From positions 3,162,001-3,226,000 of the forward strand of contig OZ176055.1 of NCBI GenBank assembly GCA_964247055.1: a DNA stretch of 64,000 nucleotides, in the 5' to 3' direction. Each line of letters begins with the position of its first letter. The first letter of the stretch is position 1. The notes under the pieces were generated by a model. The model saw only the letters and a program-made list of their open reading frames with translations, was not told where the DNA came from and did no database searches. This document shows positions 12,217 to 24,941 of this stretch, piece by piece. The translations under genes and the position numbers were made by a program. The DNA comes from Paragordius varius. Its lineage: Eukaryota > Animalia > Nematomorpha.

Positions 12217-14495
12217 ATGGTATGCTAATGTTGACTAATTTTGGGTTTAAGCTTTGAGCATATTTTTAGTTATATTTCATAAATATTATAGCAATTATAT
12301 TTTAACTAATTTAAAATAGGGTACAGTTATAATTTTTTTCATTGGGCTATTGTCGACTACCCCATTCTCTCATGTAAAAGCTCAGGATTTAGTAACCACT
12401 AGTGTAACTCAGCCACCAGGGATTGGTGTAACAACAAGAAACTCCTCTGTATCCCCAGACACATTCACAATCAAAATTAATATTGATAACATTTTGAAAC
12501 AGTTTTTGGAGCGAAGTATTTAAATTGTCTATTTTATTTTTCCTATTTATGTTTAATAATTTTAATAATGTTGTATGTATAAGCTTAGTAAGATTATTTA
12601 AATTTGGGTATGTCATTATATTAAACATTTTATCCATAAATTTGTCGTACTTTTTATGAAGATGCGATCCCATGCTTTTTATCATTTGAAACCACCAGTT
12701 TATGTTTGATTAGCATATATTTTACATTAGAGATAAAATATATTAATTAGTCGTCTCCAACTTATGAAAGTATTTTAGATTGAAATATTTGACTTATTTT
12801 CTATTATTTAAAAATATATACTTAGATCACAGTAAACATAAATTATGATTAGTAAAAATGAATATATGTTTATTTAAATACAAAAATATAGTGTATAAAA
12901 ACAAAAGGAGATTGAAATAATCCGAGAAGGGCCTGATATAAGGGTCATATTGTATGGTGAATGAGTAATTATTTGATAGCTTTAAGTATGCCTATTCGCA
13001 TTCTCTTTAGATATTTTATTATTGTAATATTATTTGTTAACATTTTTATTTAGACAAAATATTTTTCATTTGTTGTAATATCTAAAATAGCATTTGTTGT
13101 GGTTTAACCTAATTGGTAGGTTCGTGAAAATAAAATATTTTAATCTACCGTTGTAATTAATTATGATTTATTTTATAATTACCTAAAAATTTTCTTAAAA
13201 GTCAATATTCTAAAAAAGTAATAAGCTTATATATTATATATCTTCTTTAATAGCATTAATAATTACGACATAACTGGGAATATATATTATATATATACCT
13301 TTATTTTTAAAAATACGTGCTGCATATTTTAACTCTATTTTTTGTTGTTCTGAATAGATTCTATAACCACTAACAAATTAACATTGCCAACAAGCGCCTT
13401 GCCCATTTCGGAAACTACAAACACTTCTATTCCGAGTGAGATCACAAAGTCAGATCTAAAGTTTGTATTCAATGAATCAAATATCGATCCTGCTTTACTA
13501 TCTTTCTTAAGCAGCAATGTAAGTTTAACAGATACTACGCCTAATACATCGACCGAAACAAGTAATGATAAATAGCATATCATCTGTGTTTTAATATGCT
13601 ATCACAGATATCTAATTCGATATGCGTCTATAAAAATACTTATAATAACTATAATTAAATTTATCAAAAAAACATATAGTTTTATGCTTGGAAAGCGTAA
13701 AACGTATATATATTAATAAAACTAATAGGATATATATAGTAAAAATTATAATTGTAAAGACAAAACTTAAAGCTTAAAATTGGAGATACTCTATATTTTT
13801 TATCTATCTATAACAGTAGTTTCAACAGGGGGAAACGCTTCCAAGGGGTTCTTAAAAAATCTAGGGCATGAATTTGGAGAATATATTTAAAAAATAAAGA
13901 AACAAATTTTAGTAATTCCGGTAAATTATCAAGATTTGTCACCGATATGAAAAAATTCAAAAAATGCAAACAAGGATCTCGTTGATTGAGATTTTTACAA
14001 TATTATAATAAATTCATTTTTATCATGAATTTTTTTGAGAGGGGGCGCAAGAATTTTTATTTTCAATTTAGTGGGGCGTGAACAAAAAAGGTTGGGAACC
14101 TCTGACCTATATATAACAATAGTGATATTGAGTGTGCGACCAATTTAAATTTATTCCATGTTTCGCAATCCAAACGATTGGTTATAATATGAAATAAAAG
14201 TGCAAACTTCAAAAATGTTATGGTTTTTGATTAATAATTAGCATTTAACACTTTTATTGCTTATATTTACTGTAATATATTTGTTAAATTAGCCACTAAG
14301 CCAAAGAAAAAACCAGGTGTTTATGATCCTTTCTCAGCTTCAAAAGCTGCCCGAAAATATGGTCGAACTGATGGGATGTTGATTGCTACACTTGTACTGC
14401 TTAGTTTTGCAATTTTGTTTGGTATGTTGTTTGCTATTATGGCTTTTGTCAAGTATTGCCCTGGGCCTTCATCTGGTGGACATCCACCAGCATAA
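12217..14495 (+). CDS. Orphan type I membrane, mucin-like (S/T-rich) protein
   Basis: ATG at 12217 followed by an intron. The exon from 12320 gives signal peptide GTVIIFFIGLLSTTPFSHVKA|QDLVTTSVTQPP. Exons 12908-12956, 13358-13561 (S/T-rich) and 14293-14495 are phase-compatible. The last encodes a TM helix (MLIATLVLLSFAILFGMLFAIMAFV) and a short tail. Exons between about 12520 and 12900 are unresolved. Confidence 0.7.
13814..14104. mobile_element. hAT (Charlie-like) MITE
   Basis: CAGTAGTTTCAAC...AAAAAGGTTGGGAACCTCTG termini, with weakly similar 8-bp flanks (atctataa/acctatat). Confidence 0.65.
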
Positions 14496-16261
14496 ACTTT
14501 TAAAGTTCTTTTTTTAAATAATGCATTTATAAGTAATAATATTAAATTACAATAATTATGCAGCAATCAAACATAAAATGATCATTAATCTTTTTGGTAG
14601 CAATTATTATACGTATTTAACATTAATTTTGAAATATTTTAGCTAATATTATTCAACGGCATTTTTTTGATCGTGTATTTAATCATACCAATAGATAAAT
14701 TTAATAACAATTAAATTATGCATTAACATAATAAATAAAATATTAAATATTTAAAAGGTCGTGTGACAATTTGATCTGATGATTATTAAATAATAATTTT
14801 GAGTTTAGCACCCAAACGTAATGAGTGCCAATGAGCGGCCAACAAAAATTGATCTAGTAATATTTTAGAAAACAGCTGTTTATCAAAAACCCGATTGCGT
14901 CATTCATCCTTCGATACGATTCGGGATAGTTTGTTCAGGAAAGCCTGTCTGTAATTTAAAAATATGGAAGGTAATGAACCAATATATAAAAATAATATCG
15001 TGCCGTGCACATGTATCTTCTGATTATAAAACCGGGTCTTTCCCTTTTCCAGTGTGTTTTTGAAGAAAACTTAAATCTGATTGACAAAATTCCAATATTT
15101 ATTGATAATAACTTATAAAAAGCTCAACACCCAACTAGAACTTTTTTGAAAATCTAAAGAGATGATTATTATATAATTGATAGGCGCTGTTTACCCAAAT
15201 CATTGAAGGCTATTTTAATATTTCATTTTTTTTGTTTATGATTTTGGGTAAAAATTTGTTTTAGTCACATATAATGTTGGAAAGCTTTGACTAAGATTTT
15301 GTTCAATGGTGGAAATGTCAATCCCACAGAAATAAAAAGATAAAACCAAATTTTTACAATTGCACAAAGAACTTATTGAGAATAAAATACATCAAATGAT
15401 AATTAATAGTTATGCATTAAAGTTTTAATATTTTCCCGTTATTAAACTTTCCTTAAAATGGGAAAATGCGATTTACGGAATGAAACTTGATTAACAAGTG
15501 TGGCAGATCTTAAATAATGGCCAACTTCAGTTCAAGGATTTAACTCCACATAGAAGGACAGGCATTTAGAACAAAGACGATATATTTTAAAATGGTATCA
15601 ACTTAAATGCTGATTTAAAATTTTTGTTAATATTTACATATTTTTAGGCTTCTGGATCTACTATTTTTAACCAATTTTTACACTTGAAAAATAGCTTTTA
15701 AAATAATTAGATTTGATTATCATAATGGGCTGTAATGGGCCCTTTTAGATGAATGAGTTGAAAATCTAGGCAATTTTCCGGAGATCTTATTACATCTTTT
15801 TAAAATTGGCCAATATTTTTAGTAACGTGATTTTTATACGATAAATGCAAACAATAACCGTGATTTAATAAGATGTAAATTAATATGGCAAATAATTGGT
15901 ACGAAATTGTATTCATATTTTTTAAATTTAATATACCATCATATTAGAATTTCATATAATGCAATAAACATATGTCTGTTTATTTTTATGAGGGATTCAT
16001 CAGGATGGATGTATTCATTGCTGGTCATACCCAATTTTGTAATAGGGGTTGATTTATATATTTATATTAAATAAAGCAAAACAAAAATGTTCTAAAACAA
16101 ATTTTACGGCGATCATATCACATGATTCTAATCTTATAAATAAACCATGATAGAGTTGGAAACATTGATTAATAAATTATCATTTGATCCACCAAACCAG
16201 AGATGACATATTACTTATTATCAGAGTTATGTAAAACATTGTTATTTTTAAATAAATATAT

Positions 16262-16809
16262 TATTTGCACTTAATGAGTGTCCTTGAACACTTCAAGTTG
16301 GTCCTTGAACATTTCAAGTTGGTCCTAGAACATTTCAAGTTGGTCCTTAAAATTTTTAAATTTTAATTAAACATAATTTTTGTATGTATTTTTTTAACCT
16401 AATCCTTATTAAATATTTATTTATAAAAAAGAATTTATATTCAAAAACCACTTTTGTGTTTCACACTAATTTTTTTCCAATTTAACAAAATAATTAACTT
16501 TTAAATACTTTCAATGAAAAATTGAAATTAAAACCCCAGATATATATTTTTTGATTACGTGTTAAAATCTTATAAATATCTAAAATAATATTAAGAAATT
16601 AATAAAGATATACGGTTTCTGAATGAATAAAAAATAATATTGATTTAAAATTTATTTAAATGATAAATAAAAATAAATTAATATACGATTTGATTGATAA
16701 AAGTTAAAAACAAAACAAAAATGTCAAAAGACCAACTCGAAGTGTACAAGGACCAACTTCAAGTGTTCAAGTAACTCGAAGTATCAAGGACCCTTTGAAG
16801 TGCAAATGG
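16262..16809. mobile_element. Foldback-like MITE (family A), diverged copy in opposite orientation
   Basis: gtccttgaacacttcaagttg units on the left and gaccaac...gaagtgcaaatgg|ta on the right. The interior is the reverse complement of 5490-5920. Confidence 0.8.
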
Positions 16810-17122
16810 TATATAACAATAATCTTTCTATCATATATCTTATATTTGTTATGCACATTGCTATTTTTATCAAATAGTTTATTACAAATAATTTAACAAA
16901 TTTATCACACTGATTCAAACCCTCTGAAATTCTTCAATGAAAAAAAATATATTGGGACAAGCAATATAATACCAATCTTAAGGGAATGAATAAGTTTTTG
17001 TAAGCTGACAAGAAAATACTTGTTGAGTTAAAACTTCGAGGTTATATAAATATCATAGAATTTACACACAATTTTATTATATAAATGAACAAGTTTATTT
17101 ATAAAATATGTGAATGGACAGA

Positions 17123-18573
17123 CTACGTAATAGTTCGTAATAATTTAGCTTGTTTCTTTTCTTGAATTTCTCTCAATTGACTTTCAACAATAGCGTCTCG
17201 TTCCTCCCGAAATGCCCTCAATTGCTCCACATCTAATTGGCGAACCACTTTAATACCCAAGGAAGTGGCTGTAGACATGAGCAAATAGCACATATGTCGC
17301 ATACTTATACCCTCGAGGTTGGGATCCTTAATTTTAATTTTAGCGATTTCGTAAATGTGTTTGAGGGACAAAAGTCCTGAAACCTCTAAGCCTATAAAAT
17401 TGACACGTAGATAATGAAGTTTTAATCAAATTTATATAAAAAAATTAAAAATGATACATTTCTACCGATGTTTACAATATATAAAGACAAAATTCAAGCA
17501 TAAAAATAACTTTTTTTAATTTTACCGACTATATATATATATATATAAAGGCTAGATACAAATGATAATATTAAAGTGATGATTTTGTTTAATTAATAGG
17601 GATAAAAATTTAATTTACCCTTAAAATTATAACGATACTTTGCAAAAATTTTGCAAAATAAAAATGGCGTCGAAGTAGTTTGACATGAAACTTTTTTTTT
17701 CAAAACAAAATTTTATTTAGAAATTTTGGCATTTTATAAAATTTCTATTAGGATAGAAGCCTAAATTTAAATTGGGACCGTTTCCTACAGTAGTTTTTTA
17801 AAAATCCTAACTCAAATTTAGTCAGGGGTATTTAAATACCCCAATTTAATCGAAATGCTAAACAACTGTACATACCAAGGCTTTTAACATCATTTAATGG
17901 CCTCAAAATTTGTTTTTAGTAAACATAAGCAAATATATGGACTATATATTTTTAAAATGATAAAGATATATTATATAAATTGATTAAGGTAGAAAATTTG
18001 GAAGATAGGTTTAGTCAGATTATTTAAAAAAATTGATCATGATATTAATTAAAAAGTTGATTATAAATTTGTAATCATATAATTAAGAATTACCAATAAA
18101 ATAAATTGCATAATTAACGTACAATTAAAAAATTATATCATTAAATAATTCTAATACTAAGACCTGGTTTCATCGCTCCCCTGACAATCCCGCTGGCTGC
18201 AAATAAAAAATAGGTGGCAGTTGGGGGATGGATGATAAGGTTATGAGTACGATCTGGCTAAAAAAATTATTTTATATAAATCCAGTTTATTATAAAAATA
18301 CAGATAAATAGAGTAAAAAATATACATTTATTTTTATGCTGGCACAAACAGGTATCCCATCTTTTATGTCCTTAGTCCGCGTGTTAAATTCTTTGCAGAA
18401 ATTGGCCACATTAACCATGTGCTAAAATATATTTTTTACAAAACTTGACCCAATTGCGGTCCCAATGGTGGAGCTGCGGAAGCTTTGCCAGCCGGTATTC
18501 GTATTTTTAAAAAATTACCAGGCTTAACTTTTTCAAGAAGCTTTTTGCCCCTTTTCACTATTCTTTTAGACAT
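17123..18573 (-). CDS. MRPL11: 39S mitochondrial ribosomal protein L11 (uL11m)
   Basis: Exons 18573-18445, 18421-18326, 18257-18164, 17391-17123 give MSKRIVK...[31 protein letters not shown]...GIPV...PDRTHNLIIHPPTATYFL...VSGLLSLKHIYEIAKIK...STATSLGIKVV. Introns are 23, 68 and 772 nt. Confidence 0.97.
17590..17860 (-). mobile_element. piggyBac-like MITE fragment in MRPL11 intron 3
   Basis: Matches 38640-38893 (aaaaatggcgtcgaagtagtttgacatgaa...ttgggaccgtttcc). Confidence 0.65.
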
Positions 18574-18939
18574 GTGGACCTTTTTAAAAAGAAGTAACAA
18601 AATGATTTTATTAATTATCCATTTTGATTCTTTCTTCCCCAAGTATAATATGTTAAATTAAATACTGCTTTAAAAATGGATTAAAACTCTAAAAGTTAAT
18701 TTTATTGAATGTAGGCTAATAATTCGAAATGCTGGAAGCGTTAAAAAAATTTAATACCCCAAAACCCTTCCCAACTTGTAAAAGCCATAAAATTTAGTAT
18801 TTTTAAAAAATGGAATTATGTATTAAGCCTGGTATTATAAAATTTTATGAGAAAAAAAGTAATGCGCCAATTGTTAAATTAATTAAAAATTAGTTTTGAT
18901 TAAGTCAATAAACATAACTGCGTCCAAAATTGTGGGTCA

Positions 18940-20965
18940 ATATAATCTCATCGATGTATATATATATATATATATATTCCAATAAAAAAGTGTATCAGGA
19001 TCAAAAGTGCGTTTAATTTTAGCCCTAACAAATAATTTATAGTTTACGTCGTCAATATCTGAAAATGGCAAATTCTGCGCACATTTTGCTAAACAAATAT
19101 TATTGGTAATTGCTAAATACTTTATCTCAAATAATCACCAAAATAAATTATATACTACAAAAATAATCTTAAAAAAATTAATTTTTAGATGTGGGCTTCA
19201 GAATATTATTACTCTTATAAGATAGGCTTGTTGTCTTTAAATAAATTTAAAAATGCCGAGTTTGCCAGCTACTACTTTAAATATATGCTAAATTTTTAAA
19301 TTAACTAAAAATATTAAAAAAAATACCTTCATTTGCCATTTCGATGTTTTGCAATTTTTTTTTCAAAGTATTTCATAAATACTTCGAGGCATAATGAAAA
19401 CGAAATCTGCTTAAACACTTGGATACAACACATTTATTTCAGTCCTTCGATTCAAATTGGGTAGTTATATAACCCATGCCTGTTTAAAATTAAATTCTTA
19501 AAAAGATACATAAGGAATCGGAATCATGACAAAATTTTGCACTTATATAAGATTAAACCGAAATAATATAAATTTTATTCAAAAATACTAGATTTTCTTT
19601 AAGCTAAAACTGAAAGGTAATTTAGTCAAAGTGACATGTGTGCAATTTTCTAACGCTTTAGATTTATTGAGTTATATTGATGTATTTTGATAAAAAAACA
19701 CAATTTATTTTAACATAATTTTGAAGGCGTAAGATATTTTTAAAATTTTTGGATAGCAGTTTAACATCATTGAATTATATGCAAGTATTTATATAATGTC
19801 TTAAATCCGTTTTATACCTGCGTCATGGCGCAAAATGCAAAAAACCAATTTTTAAAAACATTAATGTATTCAGTTGATAAGTGCTGTCCGACGAGTTGCA
19901 TGAATTGAAAGAATTGGTGGGTAAATGGATTGATGTGTTACGACGATGTGGATTAAAAGTTAATAAAAAGAAAACGGAACTGATAAAATTTGTCGGGAAA
20001 AAACGAGAAATAGAATTAGAAGAAGGGTGGGTATTAAAAGGTCAGGAGGAATGCAAATATTTAGGAGCGATTTTAGCAGCAGATGGTTCTTTAACAGTTG
20101 ATATTAATTTAAGAATTCGAAATAGTTGGGCAAATTATAAAAAGATTTCAAATGTTTTGTGCGACAAAAATATTAACCTAAAAGTAAAAGGTAATTACAG
20201 TGCTGTTGTACAGCCAACAATGATGTAAAACTCACAGACATGGGCAATAAAGAAATCGGAAGAGAAGCACTTCGAGGTTACTGAAATGAGAATGCTTAGA
20301 ATGATGTGCGGTGTAACGGGAATGACAAGGTGAAGAATGCCTACATAAGAGGAAGTACGGAAATCAAACCGGTAACGTAAAAGATGATGGTAAATCGTTT
20401 AAGATGGTTCGGACATGTTGAAAGAAGAGATAATAATTACATTGGTAAAAAGATTGTTGATTATATTGTAAAAGGCAAGAGGGGAAAAGGGCGCCCTAAA
20501 AAGCGATGGATAGATAGAGTTAAGAGAGACATGGCACTGAAACTAAAACGCGAAGACGCCTTAGACAGGGTTCTATGGCCAAATATTTACGGATATGACC
20601 GCTCGAAAGAGTGATATCATATAATGTAACTATTATTATTATTGAGTTTATATTAAATTTAAAATATATTTAAATTTTTATCGCGTGGTTGCGTTTATTT
20701 TTTAAAAAAAACTAGCCAATAAAAAAGCGATAAGACATTCGGAGCCAATATCTTAAAATTATAATTGAAAAAATTATTTATCTGGAATAAAGCATTTGGC
20801 TTAGGCCGAAAAAAATTTGTTTTAAAAAGGTGAATTTTGCCATTTTTGGTTACAAAAAAATGTAAATAACTGTCTTATAGATCATTCGCACTGAAACTAA
20901 AAGTACCATGATAATCCAGATTTCTTATCTTATTTAATTTCATCAGGTTATTTGTGGACACTGTG
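18940..20965 (+). mobile_element. Transib-like element (family D) carrying a nested piggyBac-MITE fragment (~19415-19640) and an RTE fragment
   Basis: The left part 18990-19350 matches 6490-6900. The right part 20700-20965 matches 7300-7647 and ends CACTGTG. Confidence 0.65.
19878..20643 (+). mobile_element. 5'-truncated, decayed RTE-type non-LTR retrotransposon
   Basis: RT-end motifs (GLKVNKKKTE, KYLG, RIRNSW) and the RTE C-terminus NRLRWFGHVERR...GKRGKGRPKKRW. It has in-frame stops, a frameshift and a (TAT)n tail. Confidence 0.92.
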
Positions 20966-21925
20966 TAATCTATAAATTTTATCCCTAGTTAGCGCGAAAC
21001 GTTGCAAGGCAGTGAGATCGAACCTCTTTGAAAGTTGGCACGGGCTACACACATGTTACACCCTACTGGATGTTAAAATAGATTCCTTCCTGTTCTATGT
21101 TACAACTGGTATATTTATTCATTTTAGTCATGATCAAAAATTCTAATTAGTGTTAAATTGTAAACATACATGCACAAAAAAATATTAAAAATGGTTATTA
21201 TTTTTTATTAACCCGAAAATAGCTTAAGTAAATAAAAAAATATGCAAACACACTATCAGTATTAGCATGGTCCTTTTGCTTTTGGCTTTTGCGATTGATA
21301 AAGAAAGTTCATTTTGGGTGCATATGAGAAAATGAAATTTACTCATATTTTTTAAATAAGTTTTTGGTGAAAGCTGGAGGCTTCATTCCAAATATCATCA
21401 CTAGAATATATCATAAATTACATATAAAAGGCAAAACAATAATTTTAAAAAATATTTTTGGATGTGGGCTCCTTAAATCGCAAAATTTAATTACTCTTCT
21501 ATAATGGGCTAGTCCTAAAAGCAAAAATGCCAAGATTATGCAATAAATATTTAAAATATATGCTAAATATTTTTATAAATACTAAAATTTTAGACACATA
21601 AATTAATTTTTTAACAATATTTTGGTGAAGCGTACTTCATACTTTTTGACTTATGGTGGAAAAGGTTTAAAAACACTTTGAAATATTATAAAAACATTTT
21701 TTCTCTATTTTTCGATCATGCTGAACATTTATTACCTCAGAATTTTGAATATAATATTCGTTTGTCTTCAATATAATAGATCAATATTGTGTTTTTTTAT
21801 TACCAAAATGTTTAAACAAACGAACTATTAAATTAAGATTGCGATAGTAATGTTCAGCATGATTTAATCATAAAAGTATTTGTATATAAATTAAAGGGTG
21901 CGTTTCCATCATGAAACAATATATA

Positions 21926-24900
21926 TATTTGCACTTCAAAAGTGTCCTTTAGGATTTCAAGTTGGTCCTTGAACATATCAACCTTTAATTTTTTGTTTTG
22001 TTTAACTTTATCAACCAAATCGTGTATTAATCTATTTTATCATTTTTAACCAATTTTCTTTATTTAACATGAAATTTAGACCACTATCCACCTTCGATCA
22101 TTCAGAAACCGTATATCTTTGTTGATTCTTAAGCATTTAAAAAATTTATTGGATTATAACAAATTAAAGAATATATGATTGTTCTGTATTATTATTCCCA
22201 ATTTTCATTAAAGACATTTATAATTTAATAATCTTGTTAAATTAGAGAAAGTTACTTTGAAACAAAAAAAGTAGTTTTTATATTAAAAATTTATTTTTAA
22301 ATCAATAAATATATAATAAACTAGCGGGCCCTGTCACGCTTCGCTGTGACGTAGACTTACCGAATATTTTTAATAATCTGCAATAGAGTTAATGGAGATA
22401 AAAAAATAAAAACATATTTAATAAAAAGAATGTTTTTAATTATTCTTACACGGGTTTTTGCATAGGCTCAAATATTTTTTATGAAATCGACCATAACTGT
22501 CCCTTATTCATGTTAATATTCAACTATCATTTTATTTTACGAAATCATACTTAAAAGTTTTATTTTAAAATTGTCTTCCTACAGCTGTTATCAAGAGATA
22601 TAAAAAGTAAATTATCAAATTTCCCAGAAATGTGTTAACTGAACTCGTATGGCTTCTTAAGTTTTTTAAAAATTAGCTCCAAACACGCCATTTATGTATG
22701 GCATCTCAGTTTTAAACCGGTAGACGCCTATTCATCGACCTATATGGAAAAAGCACTGAGTTAAATTCTTTGCCTTTATAGGGCAAATATTTGGAATCAT
22801 CTTTGATATCATCGTCTAATGGGTTATTCCCAAAAATAACTCAAAACTAAATAATCGTTTTATGGCGTATTTTTAGGGCATAAAGGTTCTAAATTAACGG
22901 CTTATAAAAAACGCCTGATCCTTTTTACCTTACGGGTATTCAAGCTTTTAATGGGCTCATATGGCTTCATAAATTTTCTGTAAATTAGCTCCAAAACAAC
23001 GCAATTTCTATATAGTGACGCAGTCTTGACGGGTAGATCTTTACACAGGGGCAGGTATAAAAAAGCGTTGGGCAAAATTTTTGCTTTCATATGGGGAATA
23101 TCTGGAATTGTCATGGATTCTATATGTTCCTATAAGTTCTTGAAAATATTGCTTCGAAACTAAATTGTTCTATGGCGGCGAATTTTTCGGGGCGTCAAAC
23201 TTTACTTAGCGGTAATTAAAACAACCCCCTATACTAAAATATTTTTTTAAGGGGTAAAAAATGTTTTATGCCTTTTTGAACTCACATAGTCTCATAGAAT
23301 GAAATTTGGTTCCAAAAGCATGCTGTATCGATATCTGACGGAGTTTTACGCAGGTATCTTTTAACCAGGGGCGAAACAAAAAACGCTTGATTAAAATTTT
23401 TGCCTTAATTCGGGTCTGGAATCATGATTGATTCCATATGCTTTCGTGGGATTTTCGAAAAATTGCCTCAAAACCAAAAAGTCATTCTCATTTTTCAGGG
23501 CAGGGGCCTAATTAAGGGGTAATTCAATAAAACCGTTCTACTTAAATTTTTGCCTTTTTACGGGTAATATTTCAAGCCCTTATTGAAGTAATATGGCCTG
23601 ATAAGTATTCTAAAATTTGCCTCCAAAGTCACGCTGTATCGATATAGTGGCACAGTTGTAGGCGGTTAGCCTCCTACCCAGAGGCCAATATAAAAAAGAC
23701 GTTCGATAAAAAATTTTGCCTTCATAGGGGAATACCTGGAATCAACATTAATTCCTTATGTTTTTAATAGTTTTTGGAAGAATGGCTTTAAAACTAAATA
23801 TTAGTTTAATGGCTCATTTTTTAGGGCGTAAAGGGTCTAAATAACGGTTAATTTAAAAAAACCGCTCAACCTAAATTTTTGTCCTTTTACGGGTAAAATT
23901 TCAGGCCTTTATTAAACTTATGTGGCTTGATAAATTTTCTGAAAATCCTGAACAACGCAATTATGATATGGTGGCGCAGTTTTAGGCGGGTAGCTCCCTA
24001 CCCATAGGCTGACACAAAAAAAGCGCTTGATTAAAATTTTTGCCCTTTTACAGAAAATACCTTGAATCATGATTGATTCCACATGCTCTTATTAATTTTT
24101 GGAAAAATTACATCAAAACTAAAAATCATTCTGTGGTGGCGCATTTTTCACGACGTGAAGGGCCTAATTAACGGCTAAGTTTGAAAAACCGGACGACCTA
24201 AATTTTTCCCTTGTTACGGGTAATATTTTAAGCACCTATTGAAATCATATGGCCTGATAGTTTTCTGGAATTTAGCCCCAAAGGCACGCTTTTTCGATAT
24301 GACGGGGCAGTTTTTAGCGGGTATCCAGCAGCCAATATAAAAAGAACGTACAACTTAAGTTTTTACCTTTTAATAGGGAATACCTGGAACCCTTATAATT
24401 TTAACGATTTCTCTTGGGCCAAATATAGATTCAAAAAATTATTTTTGTGGATTTTGTTTTTTTGTAAAAAATGGCAGCGGGTAAAAAGATGTCCTAAAAA
24501 AGTGAGTCGACTATCTTTGGTGCAATCGTAAAAAAGGAAAAAAACCATATTTGAAATCGAATAATCCAACATGTTTTTCGGCATATTGTCTCAAAACACG
24601 ATTTTGTGGACTTCTATTTTCAAAAAACCCGTTTTTTACACGGGGTGGGCCCAAATTCGGGACCTAATTAAAAAAAGGAAGCTATTGTCGGGGCATTCAT
24701 TAATGATTATTTTTTCGCCATTTGGATTTGAATGGGTCTACCAGTTTTTTGGAAACAGATCACAAAGCCACCATATTCCATTTTTATATATTTATAAAAT
24801 GGAAAAATATAATAAAATAAATCATACATGCAAAAATTATGATTAATCAAAATTTTATTTTAAGGCGAACTTGAAGTGTTCAGGACCTACTTAAAATTTA

Positions 24901-24941
24901 AAGGACCAATTTGTTAAAGGAAACTCCTAAAGTGAAAATGG
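21926..24941. mobile_element. Foldback-like MITE (family A) split by a Helitron insertion
   Basis: The left arm and interior (21926-22320) match 5300-5838. The remainder (24800-24941) matches 5860-6110. Confidence 0.75.
22321..24798 (-). mobile_element. Non-autonomous Helitron with internal tandem array
   Basis: The minus-strand 3' end has hairpin GTCAC-AGCGAAGC-GTGAC 8 nt before CTAG|T. The degenerate 5' end is homologous to the A|TCTATATATTTATAAAAATGG ends at 27724 and 28698. About 6 internal units of ~310-330 bp lie in 22640-24400. Confidence 0.85.

Noticed and set aside
14321-14566. Minus-strand ORF with a VRPYFRAAF motif reminiscent of phage tail proteins
   Set aside because: It is the antisense of the plus-strand TM-coding terminal exon 14293-14495.
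20940-20965. RAG recombination signal (heptamer plus nonamer) in the Transib-like TIR
   Set aside because: The ACAAATAAC nonamer-like motif is only 3 nt from CACAGTG, not 12 or 23.
20985-21070. tRNA or SINE-like sequence with a B-box (GGTTCGATC on minus)
   Set aside because: No cloverleaf or convincing A-box, and no second copy in the window.
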